A stretch of 64,000 nucleotides of DNA from Chloroflexota bacterium (GCA_027623675.1 JAQBVF010000008.1:32001-96000), one strand, 5' to 3'; shown: positions 9,407-19,424, numbered from the stretch's first letter. Notes: generated by a model from the letters alone, not told the origin. Translations and numbers: made by a program.

Positions 9407-11045
9407 TTAAGGGACCAAACCGTTCCGGTTGGCGTAGACCGCAGCTTCAGTGCGGTTCCCGGAGTTGGTTTTGGTCAAGATACTGGTTACGTGGTGGGCA
9501 ACGGTCCGCAGACTGATAAATAGCTCAGCCGCGACTTCTTGGTTGCTTCGGCCTTGGGCAACCAGAATCAAAACCTCGATCTCTCGCGGCGTAAGCCCTC
9601 CCAACAACGGCCGTGTCTCTTGATTGGATTCCATTTCGCCTTGGTCCACGGTAAACCACTCTCTTGGGGCCAATTCGTGAGCAGTATTCAGGTGTTCGTC
9701 TGCCTCAGCCTCCCGTCCCTGAGCCCGGAGCAAAAGGCTGAAATTGTAATGGATAGCCGGGTCGCCCGGCCGGGACCGCAAGACCTCTGAATAGTGAGTC
9801 TCTGCCGCCGCCAAATCTCCCTTCGTATGCAGTAAGACCGCAAAGTTGTTGTGGGCCTCGGGGTACTCCGGCCTTAGACGAATCGCCTCCAGGTAGGATG
9901 CGCTGGCTTCTTCCAGTTGGCCGGCGTTTTCCAGAGCTAGTGCAAAATTGTAGTGGGCTTCGGGGTATTCCGGCCGTATCCGCAAGGCTTCCCGGTAGTG
10001 ATGCCGGGCTCGCTCGACATGACCCAGGTCATCCAACAGGATCGCTAAGTTATTGTGGACCTCGGCATACTCCGGCCTCAGACGTAGCGCCTCAGAGAAG
10101 TGACTCTCCGACTGAGCGGCTTCACCCACTACACGGAATAGGTTACCCAACCCGTAATGAGCGTCCACATAATCGGGGCGCAAACGCAGCGCCTCTTGAA
10201 ACCGTTCCGCGGCTCCATTGAGATTGCCCAGCGATTGTAGGAGCACCCCGTAGTTGTAGTGGGCTTCTGGATACCTGGGACGGACCTTGATGGCCTGGCG
10301 GTAATGCTCGGCGGCCTGGCCCCTCCTCGCCCTTGGCCCGCATGACAGCCCCCAGATTATTGTGGGCCTCTGCGTAGTCGGGCCTCATCTTCAGGGCCTG
10401 CTGATAATACCCAGATTCTTCTTCGCTATTTTCTTGGGCTGTGCCGATACAGGCAACACCGGCCAAAAAAAGGGTCTCTGCAGTGTGTCGCTCACCTATG
10501 TTGCCGGGCGAGTGATTGGGAGATGGTCTGATTTTATAGAGGGTTCTCTGCGGAAGATGGTCTCCCTCCAAAGCGTGGAGGCCGGCAGACTCGAATTCGT
10601 ACATCACCACATCCGAGGCGTCGAGAACGTTCTCAGTAACCAGCAACGAACCGGAATCCGCGGCCCCTGCGATCCGCCGGGCCAGGTCGATGGACCGTCC
10701 GATCCAGGCATCGCCACCATCAAGCCTAGTTGCATCACCAAAATGGCAGCCGAGGCGTAAAGGCAGTCGTGGTAGTTGTTCCTGGCTGCCGAACTTTGAA
10801 AGACCCGAGTTCCATCTCTCGATCAGTTTCAGGCTGAACTGCATCGCCCCATCGGCGCTTTCAAATATGAAGAGATGCCCATCGCCCTGAAAATTCCAGT
10901 ATAGACAGCCGTGCTGCGACGCCAACGATTCCGCCAAGTAACGGTACTCAGCAATCACGGCGACCACTTCGTCACGTGGGATTCGGCCCCAGAGAGATGT
11001 CTGGCGCCCCAAGTCTGAAAACACCGAGGCGAAATATGAAGCCAT
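9407..11045 (-). CDS. Class III nucleotidyl cyclase + TPR repeats + LuxR HTH regulator, split by a 1-nt insertion at about 10320-10323
   Basis: Cyclase motifs [23 protein letters not shown]; about 7 [14 protein letters not shown] TPRs; LTPREIEVL...[16 protein letters not shown]uxR; removing one G from gggg joins the two ORFs into a perfect TPR ([26 protein letters not shown]). Confidence 0.85.
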
Positions 11046-11124
11046 AGAATGCCACCTAGATCGCTACTGAGGAACACGAATGGGGGTGACAAAAGAAACC
11101 GGCGGGGGAGCCCAGCGCAGTTAT

Positions 11125-11400
11125 CTAATTGATCTCTTCCGTGGTGATAGACAGCGCCTCAGAGATGTTCTCCACGGGCAGCTCGGCCCTCTGGTTGGCC
11201 AGCAGCACCGAATCTGGTCCCTCTCCCTCGAAGAGGCAGTAACACTTGTCTTCTCCGGGGATGAAGATGGAGCGCAGATACCTCACGGGCGTGCCTTCCC
11301 TGGTCATTTCCAAAGTGGTCTGTTTGGCCCGCTTGGCAGCTGCGGCGACCTGCTCTCCGGTGAAGTTGGGCAGATGCCGTTCCACAACGTATTGGGGCAT
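11125..11400 (-). CDS. DUF4242 (SCO4226-like) small protein, copy 2
   Basis: MPQYVVERHLP...RYLRSIFIPGEDKCYCLFEG...LPVENISEA; clear paralog of 8943-9206. Confidence 0.85.
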   Translation of the reverse strand: MPQYVVERHLPNFTGEQVAAAAKRAKQTTLEMTREGTPVRYLRSIFIPGEDKCYCLFEGEGPDSVLLANQRAELPVENISEALSITTEEIN

Positions 11401-11548
11401 ACGGGGCCTCGCTTGCCAGATCAATCGTAGGATCCAGTGGAGTATAGATGGGTGGCTTACGCCAGTCAATTTGCCAGTTTTCGGGCCGCGATGACGCGCC
11501 TGAATCGCCGCCAGCTCTCTCGGCGCGACCTGATGGCTAACCGCTCCG

Positions 11549-11557
11549 TGATATAAT
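11549..11557 (+). promoter_or_regulatory. Extended -10 promoter element (TGnTATAAT)
   Basis: tgatataat about 115 bp upstream of the gene at 11672. Confidence 0.45.
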
Positions 11558-11671
11558 CCATGCCACTCTGATCACCGTGGTTTAGCCTATTCCACGGCTG
11601 ATTCCTTGCCGATTTCACAACCCCAGTCCGGCCCATTTATCGCATTTCCGAGGCCGGGTCTTTGGATATAA

Positions 11672-12535
11672 ATGAGCTCCCACGGCACCTCAGATTTCCG
11701 CACTCTTTTCTCCCAGATCGTTCGGTCGCCGGAAGAAGATATCGAACTAGACCGGGCGGCGCTATACCTCGCGGGGGAAGAGTATCCGAATATCGAGGTG
11801 CATCTCCATCTGGCGGAGTTGGATGCCCTAGCCGGCCAGATATCGCTCCGAGTGAGCACCGAAGCCACGCCGGCGGAACTGGGGCGCGCCATCGCCGGGC
11901 ATCTGTTTGGCGAAGCCGGATTCCACGGGAATTCCGGCCGGTACTACGACCCGGACAACAGCTACCTGAACCGGGTCTTGACCACGCGGTCCGGTATCCC
12001 CATAACCCTGTCGCTGGTCTTCATGGAGGTGGGACGCCGCCTGGGACTGCGGTGCCACGGCGTAGGTCTGCCGGGTCATTTCATAGTCGGGATAGACGAC
12101 CCCGAAGCGACCGGCACCGGCAGCCCGATGACCTACCTGGACCCATTCAACGCCGGCGCGATATTAACCGCCGGAGACTGCCGGAACGTGGTCCAGAATA
12201 TGTCGGGCGGACGCATGGAATGGTCAGACGGGTTCCTGGCCCCCTGCACCAAGCTCGACATCCTCTTCCGCATGCTGAACAATCTAAAGAGCATCTACAT
12301 GCGGAGCGAGCAGCACGGCAAGGCCATCGGCGTCATTCAGCGGATGGGCATCATCTCCCCCGGTTTGCCGTCGCTGTACCAAGAGCAGTCCTGGTGCCAT
12401 GCCGAACAGCACGAGTACCGGCGGGCCATCGAATGTTTGGAAGATTACCTAAAAACTGCCGACGGCGCCCAAAACGCCCAGCGTGTCAAGGAACAGATCA
12501 ACGGACTCTGGGCATCGCTGAGCCGGCTGAATTGA
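11672..12535 (+). CDS. SirB1-family transglutaminase-like + TPR protein
   Basis: GFHGN..YYDPDNSYL..V...R.GIPITLS, GLPGHF, DPF, RMLNNLK. Confidence 0.88.
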   Translation: MSSHGTSDFRTLFSQIVRSPEEDIELDRAALYLAGEEYPNIEVHLHLAELDALAGQISLRVSTEATPAELGRAIAGHLFGEAGFHGNSGRYYDPDNSYLNRVLTTRSGIPITLSLVFMEVGRRLGLRCHGVGLPGHFIVGIDDPEATGTGSPMTYLDPFNAGAILTAGDCRNVVQNMSGGRMEWSDGFLAPCTKLDILFRMLNNLKSIYMRSEQHGKAIGVIQRMGIISPGLPSLYQEQSWCHAEQHEYRRAIECLEDYLKTADGAQNAQRVKEQINGLWASLSRLN

Positions 12536-12674
12536 GCCCTCTGTTGATTGAAACACTCCCCGATACCGCCGCGAGAAAATCCGTCCGGGAACATCCGCCG
12601 TATATAATATCAGACATGATTTTCATGTCTGAAGAATTCCCTCGGCCCCACGGGACCAACATCCGGAGCACCCT

Positions 12675-13250
12675 GTGGCCGACTACGAGTCATTAGACGA
12701 CCACCAGTTGATCCAGCGGGTCTCCGAGGTCGACAAGGACGCACTGGAAGCCCTGTATGTCAGGTATCAGACACCGGTGTATTCCCTTGCTATGTTCATG
12801 CTGAAACAACCCGCGTTAGCCGAAGAGGTGACTCAGGACATCTTCCTGAATATCTGGCTGAAAGCCTCCAGCTTCAACGGGGAACGCGGCCAGCCCAAAG
12901 CCTGGATCATGAGCGTGGCACACCACAAGATCGTCGATCTCATCCGGTCGCGGCGCCGGACGATCGTCAACACCGAACCTGCCGATTACGAAACCCTGGA
13001 CCTGCTGCCAGCCGGCGGCGCCTCCACCGAGGCGCAGGTCGAACAGACGATGGACCGGGAACGCATCATGCGGGCCCTGGAGACGATTCCTGGACCGCAA
13101 CGCGAAGTAATCATGCTGGCCTATTTCGGGGGACTTTCCCAATCGGAGATGGCCGAGAGATTGGAACTACCGCTGGGCACTATCAAGACCCGAGTGCGCC
13201 TGGCGATTCAAAAACTACGCACAGTATTGGAAAACGATGGCCACGAATAA
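12675..13250 (+). CDS. ECF sigma-70 factor (SigK-like)
   Basis: AEEVTQDIFL, WIMSVAHHKIVD, YFGGLSQSEMA...PLGTIKTRVR. Confidence 0.92.
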   Translation: MADYESLDDHQLIQRVSEVDKDALEALYVRYQTPVYSLAMFMLKQPALAEEVTQDIFLNIWLKASSFNGERGQPKAWIMSVAHHKIVDLIRSRRRTIVNTEPADYETLDLLPAGGASTEAQVEQTMDRERIMRALETIPGPQREVIMLAYFGGLSQSEMAERLELPLGTIKTRVRLAIQKLRTVLENDGHE

Positions 13251-14232
13251 CCCGAATTACGATCCTGGAGATCGAGATGCTAGGCCGGGCCACCCGGTTG
13301 ACATGCTCGAGGCGTTTGCGCTCGACGCCCTGGACCTGGACGAGGAAGAATCGGTCCAGGACCACCTTGACGCCTGCGGTCAATGCAGCGAGGCGGTGGA
13401 CCGGTACCAGGAAACCGCCGCCACATTGGCCGGGTCAGTCGCCATCCATGAACCGCCTCCGGGACTGCGGGCCAGCTTGATGCAGGCCATATCCAGGGAG
13501 GAACCGGCCACGGCGGCCGGCCCTGGGCCACTGCTTGTGCCTCTGATGGGAAACGGCGCCGCCGGTGGAGAGGAAGCGGGAGGCGGACTGTTCGACAGCC
13601 GCCTGGTCCGTATCTTTGCCCCCATGACCGCTTCCGTCGCCATGGTGCTGGTGGTGCTCGCCGTGACTATGAACGTCCGAATCTCCGGTCAGGTCGACGA
13701 CCTAAAGAGGGAAAACGCCAGTCTCCAGGCCAACGTCGACTCCAACTCCGCCACGGTGACCGCCCAGCTAAACGCGTCTGCCCAAGCGGGGTCCGATGTC
13801 ATCGAGTCGGTGCTCAAGCTCCAACAAGCCAGCTTCGAGATGGCTCAACCCGACAACCGCTCCCTGGCGTTGCGCTCACCTACCACCGGAAGCGCCTCCC
13901 AGGGAATCTTGCTGGTGAGCAGCGACGGCAGCCGAGGGGTGATCATGGTCACTGGTTTGGAGCCGCCCGACCCCGCCACCGACTACCAAGTCTGGCTGAT
14001 GCGCGGCCGCGACAAAGTGTGGGCCGGCACGATCGGCGTCGACTCTCGCGGGTCCGGCACGGTCATGTTGCAACTTCCCGAATCCATCATGGGCTTCGAG
14101 AAAGTGGAATTGACCGCCACCAGGAATGACAGCGCCTCCCAGCCCCAGACCAACATGGTCCTGGAAGGAGACCTGGTGTCGATGGTCACGCAGACTGCGC
14201 CCCGCATGGTGACTTACTCCCCCTGGCGGTAG
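13237..14232 (+). CDS. Anti-sigma factor (RskA-like) with zinc-binding HxxxCxxC and TM helix
   Basis: HLDACGQC, PPPGLR, hydrophobic segment, DYQVW; overlaps the sigma gene. Confidence 0.85.
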   Translation: MATNNPNYDPGDRDARPGHPVDMLEAFALDALDLDEEESVQDHLDACGQCSEAVDRYQETAATLAGSVAIHEPPPGLRASLMQAISREEPATAAGPGPLLVPLMGNGAAGGEEAGGGLFDSRLVRIFAPMTASVAMVLVVLAVTMNVRISGQVDDLKRENASLQANVDSNSATVTAQLNASAQAGSDVIESVLKLQQASFEMAQPDNRSLALRSPTTGSASQGILLVSSDGSRGVIMVTGLEPPDPATDYQVWLMRGRDKVWAGTIGVDSRGSGTVMLQLPESIMGFEKVELTATRNDSASQPQTNMVLEGDLVSMVTQTAPRMVTYSPWR

Positions 14233-14334
14233 CGCACCCAATCAATCACCTGGCCAAACTCGCGGGGGCTGTTCTTGGCCCAGGTGAAAAACGGCTGGTA
14301 TACTCCGCGCAATCTCAGACGAGGGAATGGTGTA

Positions 14335-14475
14335 GTGAGCGTGTTCTTTCTAAAGTCCCTTCTTCATAAAGCCTACGACCTGAACTGCGAGATCTGCGGC
14401 GCTTCCATGATTGAGCAGAAGTGCAAGATCAGATGTCCCAACTGCGGATTCACCCGGGACTGCTCGGACCCATAG
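14335..14475 (+). CDS. Small Cys-rich zinc-ribbon protein (CPxCG-like)
   Basis: CEICG...CKIRCPNCGFTRDCSDP, 6 Cys; start uncertain. Confidence 0.7.
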   Translation: MSVFFLKSLLHKAYDLNCEICGASMIEQKCKIRCPNCGFTRDCSDP

Positions 14476-14534
14476 ACGCCTGTCTCCAGATCAGCGCTCT
14501 GTGACCGCGATAACTTGGCTATCGGAGACCTGGC

Positions 14535-16022
14535 TTATTCTTCGACCGGGTGGGGCCACCACTCTGGATAATCCCTAAGCTTCAGGTGGCGAAAGAACTG
14601 GGGTTGGACCTCAACCGCCAAGCGCAACGCTTCAATCATGGGTTCCCTGATGGAGAAGTGGGCTTCTTCGGAGGTCCGCATCTTGAAAAGGTGATAGCAC
14701 TCCCGCAGATTGAACTTGCTGACCACCCGCCGGTTGTGCGCATGGGTCACCAGGTATTGGGCTGCCAGAGGCAAAACCTCCCGCACCTTCCAATAGGCTG
14801 CTTCCGCAGGGCGTAGGGATTCTTCAAACTCCTCCGTAAGCCCAGCCTGGGCCACCACCGGCGGGACGCGGTAACCGTGGGCCACGGTCAACGGCTGGGG
14901 CAGGTAGGACATCATCCGGTGGCGTTTGAACTCCCGGTACGCGCCGTAGTCCAATAAGAACTCAAAGCTGTAGTCCACAACCTCAAACTCACGCAGCGGC
15001 GCGTCGTGGGGCCCCAGACCGGCGGCGCACTCGTCGATGATTGCCTGCCTTGATTCCGGGCCCAATTCGTTCACCCGCTCCAACACTTGGTCATAAGCAA
15101 GGTTGGAGTGGCGGTACAGCAGCGCCGCCGCTAGCTTGGTTTCGCCGTCGCGGTCCCAGTGGACCAGACGGACCTCGGGGGCGCCAGTATTCGAAGCATC
15201 CACCGGTCCTTTCGCCGGAGGTTTTTCTGGTGGAAATCCAGACCGGACGGCCAGGTCACGTTGCAGGCCCGACGCCCGCGCGATGTACTCAACCCTGTCG
15301 GCATACTTGATCAGCGTGGGCGTGACCGCCCGGCCTTGGTCCCGCACCTCCCCGCCCAGGCGCTGTTCCTCGATAAGCTCCGAAGACACCAGCTTGGCGA
15401 TGGCGTGCTCCAGGGTGCGGGCATTGGCCGTCACTCCCACGTTGGTCAGCGTGGCCGCGGGCAGTATCGCCCGGCAATGGTCGGTGGCTACCCGGCGCAA
15501 GCGCATATTGTAGGCCCCGTCCCTTTCGGTGGCGATGCGGGGCGTGGTCTTCTTTAGATGCTCCATGCAGCCGTCGATCAGCTTGAAGTAGCCTTGGAAC
15601 AGGGACCTACAGGCAGTTTCGTATTCTTTCTTCAGGGCCGGATGCTGGGCCAACTCCTCGGGGACGTGGTAATAATCCTCAGGCATCACCTGGTAGCGGG
15701 TGGACTTCTCCGTGTAGGATGCCAGTCGGTTGTCCTCCAGCGTGTCGCAGGCCAGCCGGGACACGTTCTCCACCGCCAGATGCACCACGGCGTGTTCCGC
15801 CACCGAGGCGTGGCCGTAGCCGAGCACCCACCGCTCGTGAAAGTCGGCCGCCTTCTCCTGGCTAACCTGCTCGGCGATCTCATCGAAGGCCTCGGGGCGG
15901 CGCGAGGTCATGGCGAAGGCAACCGCGATCTGCTCCTCGCTCAGTTCATGGGCGTCCATCGGGTAAACACGCCTGCCATATGAAGGCGTGGTGGACCCGG
16001 TTCCTGGTTTCGGTTCGGTCAT
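14535..16022 (-). CDS. thyX: FAD-dependent thymidylate synthase, tandem Thy1 domains
   Basis: GHASVAEH, YTEKSTRY, second domain FKRHRMMS, NLRE. Confidence 0.9.
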   Translation of the reverse strand: MTEPKPGTGSTTPSYGRRVYPMDAHELSEEQIAVAFAMTSRRPEAFDEIAEQVSQEKAADFHERWVLGYGHASVAEHAVVHLAVENVSRLACDTLEDNRLASYTEKSTRYQVMPEDYYHVPEELAQHPALKKEYETACRSLFQGYFKLIDGCMEHLKKTTPRIATERDGAYNMRLRRVATDHCRAILPAATLTNVGVTANARTLEHAIAKLVSSELIEEQRLGGEVRDQGRAVTPTLIKYADRVEYIARASGLQRDLAVRSGFPPEKPPAKGPVDASNTGAPEVRLVHWDRDGETKLAAALLYRHSNLAYDQVLERVNELGPESRQAIIDECAAGLGPHDAPLREFEVVDYSFEFLLDYGAYREFKRHRMMSYLPQPLTVAHGYRVPPVVAQAGLTEEFEESLRPAEAAYWKVREVLPLAAQYLVTHAHNRRVVSKFNLRECYHLFKMRTSEEAHFSIREPMIEALRLAVEVQPQFFRHLKLRDYPEWWPHPVEE

Positions 16023-16148
16023 CTTGCGGTGAAATCTCCGGCCTGGAATAACTGAAAAATCGCCTAAACCATTTGCCTGGATTCAGACCCGGCGCGTCAA
16101 GGACGCCGTGCCTCAACTTTATGTCAATTGTGGCCGTCAACCGGCCAA

Positions 16149-16189
16149 CAGACAAGGGCCTGGAAGCGCTGCTTCCAGGCCCTTGTCTG
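16149..16189 (-). terminator. Perfect 19-bp hairpin downstream of the ThDP enzyme gene
   Basis: cagacaagggcctggaagc-gct-gcttccaggcccttgtctg. Confidence 0.7.
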
Positions 16190-16209
16190 ATTTCCGGAAT
16201 GGGCGCCGC

Positions 16210-17850
16210 TTACGTCAAAGAACCGAACCCGTCGGGGATCTGGACCTCCACCAGGTGGGTCTTGCCCGACCCGATGGCGTCGCCCAGAACTTTGCCGAGG
16301 TCCTTCACGTTAGAGACCTTGGTGCCCTCGAACCCGTAGGACTCGAACAGCTTCACAAAGTCGGGGTTGACCAACTCAGTGGCGAACTGGCGGCCCTCGC
16401 CGAACCGGTCCTTCTGGTAATTTTTAAGCACGCCCCAGGCGCTGTCGTTGAACATCAGCACCACGGGGTTGATGCCGTACTGGGCGCAAGACGCCAACTC
16501 CTGGAAGTTATACTGGAATCCGCCGTCGCCGGTGACACAGACCACCGGGTTGTCCGGCTTGCCCACCTTGGCGCCGATGGCCGCGGGGAAGGCGAACCCT
16601 AGCCCCAGCCAACCGTGGGGATGCATGTAGGTGCGGGGCTCGTAGATGTCCAGGCAGCGCGCCGCCCGGCTGGCCGGCACCGTCGGGTCCAGCGAGAAGA
16701 TGGTGTTTCTTGGCGTAACCTCGCGGACCGTTTCAAAGACCTTTAGCTCGTTGCCCCAGGTCTCTTCCAGCTTGCGGCGTACCTCGCCCTTGATGGACGC
16801 GATCTCGTTCTTGAAGGCATCTCCCTTGTCCACGTCCTGGTTGCCGATGGCGCCCAGCCATTGCTGCACCACGGCCTGGGAGTTAGCCACGATGGGCACG
16901 GTGGCCGGGTAGTTCTTGCCGATGGCATCGCCGTCCAGCAGTACGTGGACCGTGTCTTTGGGCAACTGCAACTGGATGCCGGTGGTGGACCGCTGGGGCA
17001 GGATGCAGCCCAACACGACCACCAGGTCGCAGGTTCCCAGCCAATCTTGGACCGGGTTCTCGCCCCAGATGCGGCGTCCCAACGTCTGACCCACGGACAG
17101 CGGATGGTCCTCAGGGAAAGCGCCCTTGGCGCCGTCGCCGGTGACCACTGCCGCGCCCAACTTCTCGGCCAATTCGATGATCTGCTGGGTGCCGCCCAAC
17201 ATCTGGACTTCCTCTCCGACCAGGATGACCGGCCGTTTGGCCTTCAGAATCATCTGCAGCGCCTGCTCGACCTTGTTCGGGTCGCCCTTGGGCACGTCGG
17301 GCTGCCGGGCGGTCAGCACCTCCACATCCGCCTCTTCGCCCAACAGGTTGGTGGGTATCTCCAACTCGATGGGCCTGGGACGGCGGGTCTGGAACCGGTC
17401 AAAGGCCTCCATGATATTGTCGGGTATGGACTCCACCTGGTTGATCATGGCGTTCCAATCGGTGACCGACTCGAACATGCGGAGCTGGTCCTTAGTCTCG
17501 TGGGTTGAGAGTTTGCCACTGCCGATGAACTCCTGCTCCACGTTGGTGGTGATCTGCAAAACCGGAGAGCCGGAGAAATAGGCCTCGCCCATCGCTCCCA
17601 TGGAGTCGGCCGCACCGGGGCCGGTGCTGGTGAAGAGCACTCCGGGTTTGCCGGTGGCCCGGGCGTAACCGTCGGCCATGAACCCGCAGCCCAATTCCAG
17701 CCGCCCGCCGATGAATCTCATGCTGTCTTGACTCCCAAACAGGGAATCGAACAAGTCCAGATTATGAATGGATATGATCCCGAATACGGTGTCCACTCCC
17801 TGGGCTTTAAGGGACTCAACCACCGTCTGTCCACCGGTTAATTTAGGCAC
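16210..17850 (-). CDS. ThDP-binding enzyme, acetolactate synthase/pyruvate oxidase family
   Basis: RLELGCGFMADGYAR, TGPG, GLGFAFPAAIG, GDGG...NDSAWG. Confidence 0.9.
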   Translation of the reverse strand: MPKLTGGQTVVESLKAQGVDTVFGIISIHNLDLFDSLFGSQDSMRFIGGRLELGCGFMADGYARATGKPGVLFTSTGPGAADSMGAMGEAYFSGSPVLQITTNVEQEFIGSGKLSTHETKDQLRMFESVTDWNAMINQVESIPDNIMEAFDRFQTRRPRPIELEIPTNLLGEEADVEVLTARQPDVPKGDPNKVEQALQMILKAKRPVILVGEEVQMLGGTQQIIELAEKLGAAVVTGDGAKGAFPEDHPLSVGQTLGRRIWGENPVQDWLGTCDLVVVLGCILPQRSTTGIQLQLPKDTVHVLLDGDAIGKNYPATVPIVANSQAVVQQWLGAIGNQDVDKGDAFKNEIASIKGEVRRKLEETWGNELKVFETVREVTPRNTIFSLDPTVPASRAARCLDIYEPRTYMHPHGWLGLGFAFPAAIGAKVGKPDNPVVCVTGDGGFQYNFQELASCAQYGINPVVLMFNDSAWGVLKNYQKDRFGEGRQFATELVNPDFVKLFESYGFEGTKVSNVKDLGKVLGDAIGSGKTHLVEVQIPDGFGSLT

Positions 17851-17887
17851 GTATACTCTCCTCGGTTCGAGCTTTCAAATGATTGGA

Positions 17888-19315
17888 TCAAATCACCAGG
17901 CGTACTGGGTTCTCCAATAGGTTCTTGATCTCCACCAGGAACTGGGCTGCCTCCGCTCCGTCGGCCACGCGGTGGTCCGTGGAGAGGGTTGCTTTCATCA
18001 TCTGGGCCACGGCCAACTCGCCGCCACGGACAACCGGCTGTTCCTTCACCGTGCCAACCGCCAGCACCGCCGCGTGGGGCGGGAAGATGATGGCGGTGAA
18101 GCTTTCGACATCGAACATACCCAGATTGCTCACGCTGAAGGTGGTTCCCGAGTATTCGTCGTTGCGCAGTGTGCCGTTGTTGGCCCTGGCAACCAGGTCG
18201 CGGCTGGCGGCGGCGATCTGCACCAGGCTCTTGTTCTCGCACTCGTTGATGCCCGGCACGATCAGCCCGGACTCCAGGGCGATGGCGATGCCTACGTTGA
18301 TGGACGCATTCATCTGAAGGTGGTCGTCCCGAAAGAAGGAATTGAATTTGGGGTGGCGTCCGATGGCGATGGCCGACGCCTTAACTATGAGGTCGTTCAC
18401 GCTGACCCGGCTGTCGGCGTCCACTGCGTCGTTGATGTCCCGCCGGAAGGACATGGCCTTGGTCATGTCTATGTCCACGACGACGTAGAAGTGGGGCGCC
18501 TCCCGCTTGCTGTCCACCGTGACCCGGGCGATTGCCTGACGCATCCGCGAAAGCTCCACCCTCTCGGATGTCATCGTTGCAGCCGCCGCGGCAGTTGCCC
18601 CGGAATGCGGGGCGGAGACTTCCGGTTGCTCGACGCGCTCCGGGACGTCCGCTTCGACGATACGGCCGCCAGGGCCGGTCCCGGTCAGGGTTGATAGATG
18701 TATCCCCCGTTCCTTCGCCAAACGGCGGGCCAGGGGCGATGCCCGGAATGCCCATTCCGATTCCGGCGGGGCTCCGGCAGGCGCCGGCCCTCCCACGGAA
18801 GCAGGGATGTCCGCCTCGGTTACGCGGCCGCCGGGGCCGGAACCCGCGATCGTCGAAAGGTCTATCCCGCGCTCTTCAGCCAACCGCCGGGCCAGGGGCG
18901 ACGCCCGGACTTCGCCGTTAGACGCGGCGGATACCGCCGAAGCTGGTGTTGCCGCCGGTTGAGCGTCGGCTGGAATCTGCCATTCTTCAGTGCCAGCCAA
19001 TGCTTCAGTTGGTGCTTTTGTTGGTGCTCCAGCGGAAGCGCCCGACTCCCCAAGCAGATCGGCTGGGACCGCTTCACCCGGTGCCGTTAGCACGGCGATG
19101 AGCCCGCCCACCGGTATGGAGACACCCTCTTCGGCAACGATCTTGCCCATCACGCCGCCGGTATAGGCCTCATATTCCACGGTGGCTTTGTCGGTCTCTA
19201 TCTCGGCGATGACTTCGCCCCGAGCCACGATTTCGCCCTCTTTCTTCAGCCAGCGGACCACCTTACCCTCGTGCATGTCGTAGCCCATCTGGGGCATAAC
19301 TATCGATGTGGCCAA
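17888..19315 (-). CDS. 2-oxoacid dehydrogenase complex E2 (dihydrolipoamide acyltransferase) with one lipoyl and two peripheral-subunit-binding domains
   Basis: IETDKA lipoyl site; two ASPLARRLA...GPGGR repeats; DHRVADG; TTG start with GGAGG RBS. Confidence 0.93.
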   Translation of the reverse strand: MATSIVMPQMGYDMHEGKVVRWLKKEGEIVARGEVIAEIETDKATVEYEAYTGGVMGKIVAEEGVSIPVGGLIAVLTAPGEAVPADLLGESGASAGAPTKAPTEALAGTEEWQIPADAQPAATPASAVSAASNGEVRASPLARRLAEERGIDLSTIAGSGPGGRVTEADIPASVGGPAPAGAPPESEWAFRASPLARRLAKERGIHLSTLTGTGPGGRIVEADVPERVEQPEVSAPHSGATAAAAATMTSERVELSRMRQAIARVTVDSKREAPHFYVVVDIDMTKAMSFRRDINDAVDADSRVSVNDLIVKASAIAIGRHPKFNSFFRDDHLQMNASINVGIAIALESGLIVPGINECENKSLVQIAAASRDLVARANNGTLRNDEYSGTTFSVSNLGMFDVESFTAIIFPPHAAVLAVGTVKEQPVVRGGELAVAQMMKATLSTDHRVADGAEAAQFLVEIKNLLENPVRLVI

Positions 19316-19424
19316 ATCTGCCTCCTGGTATGAGCGGGCATTCAACCGGCCCAGTAACGCTGCATAGATATTAATGCACCACTCGTGGCGGGGCAACCGC
19401 TGGTAATCTGAACCCGGCGCCAAC

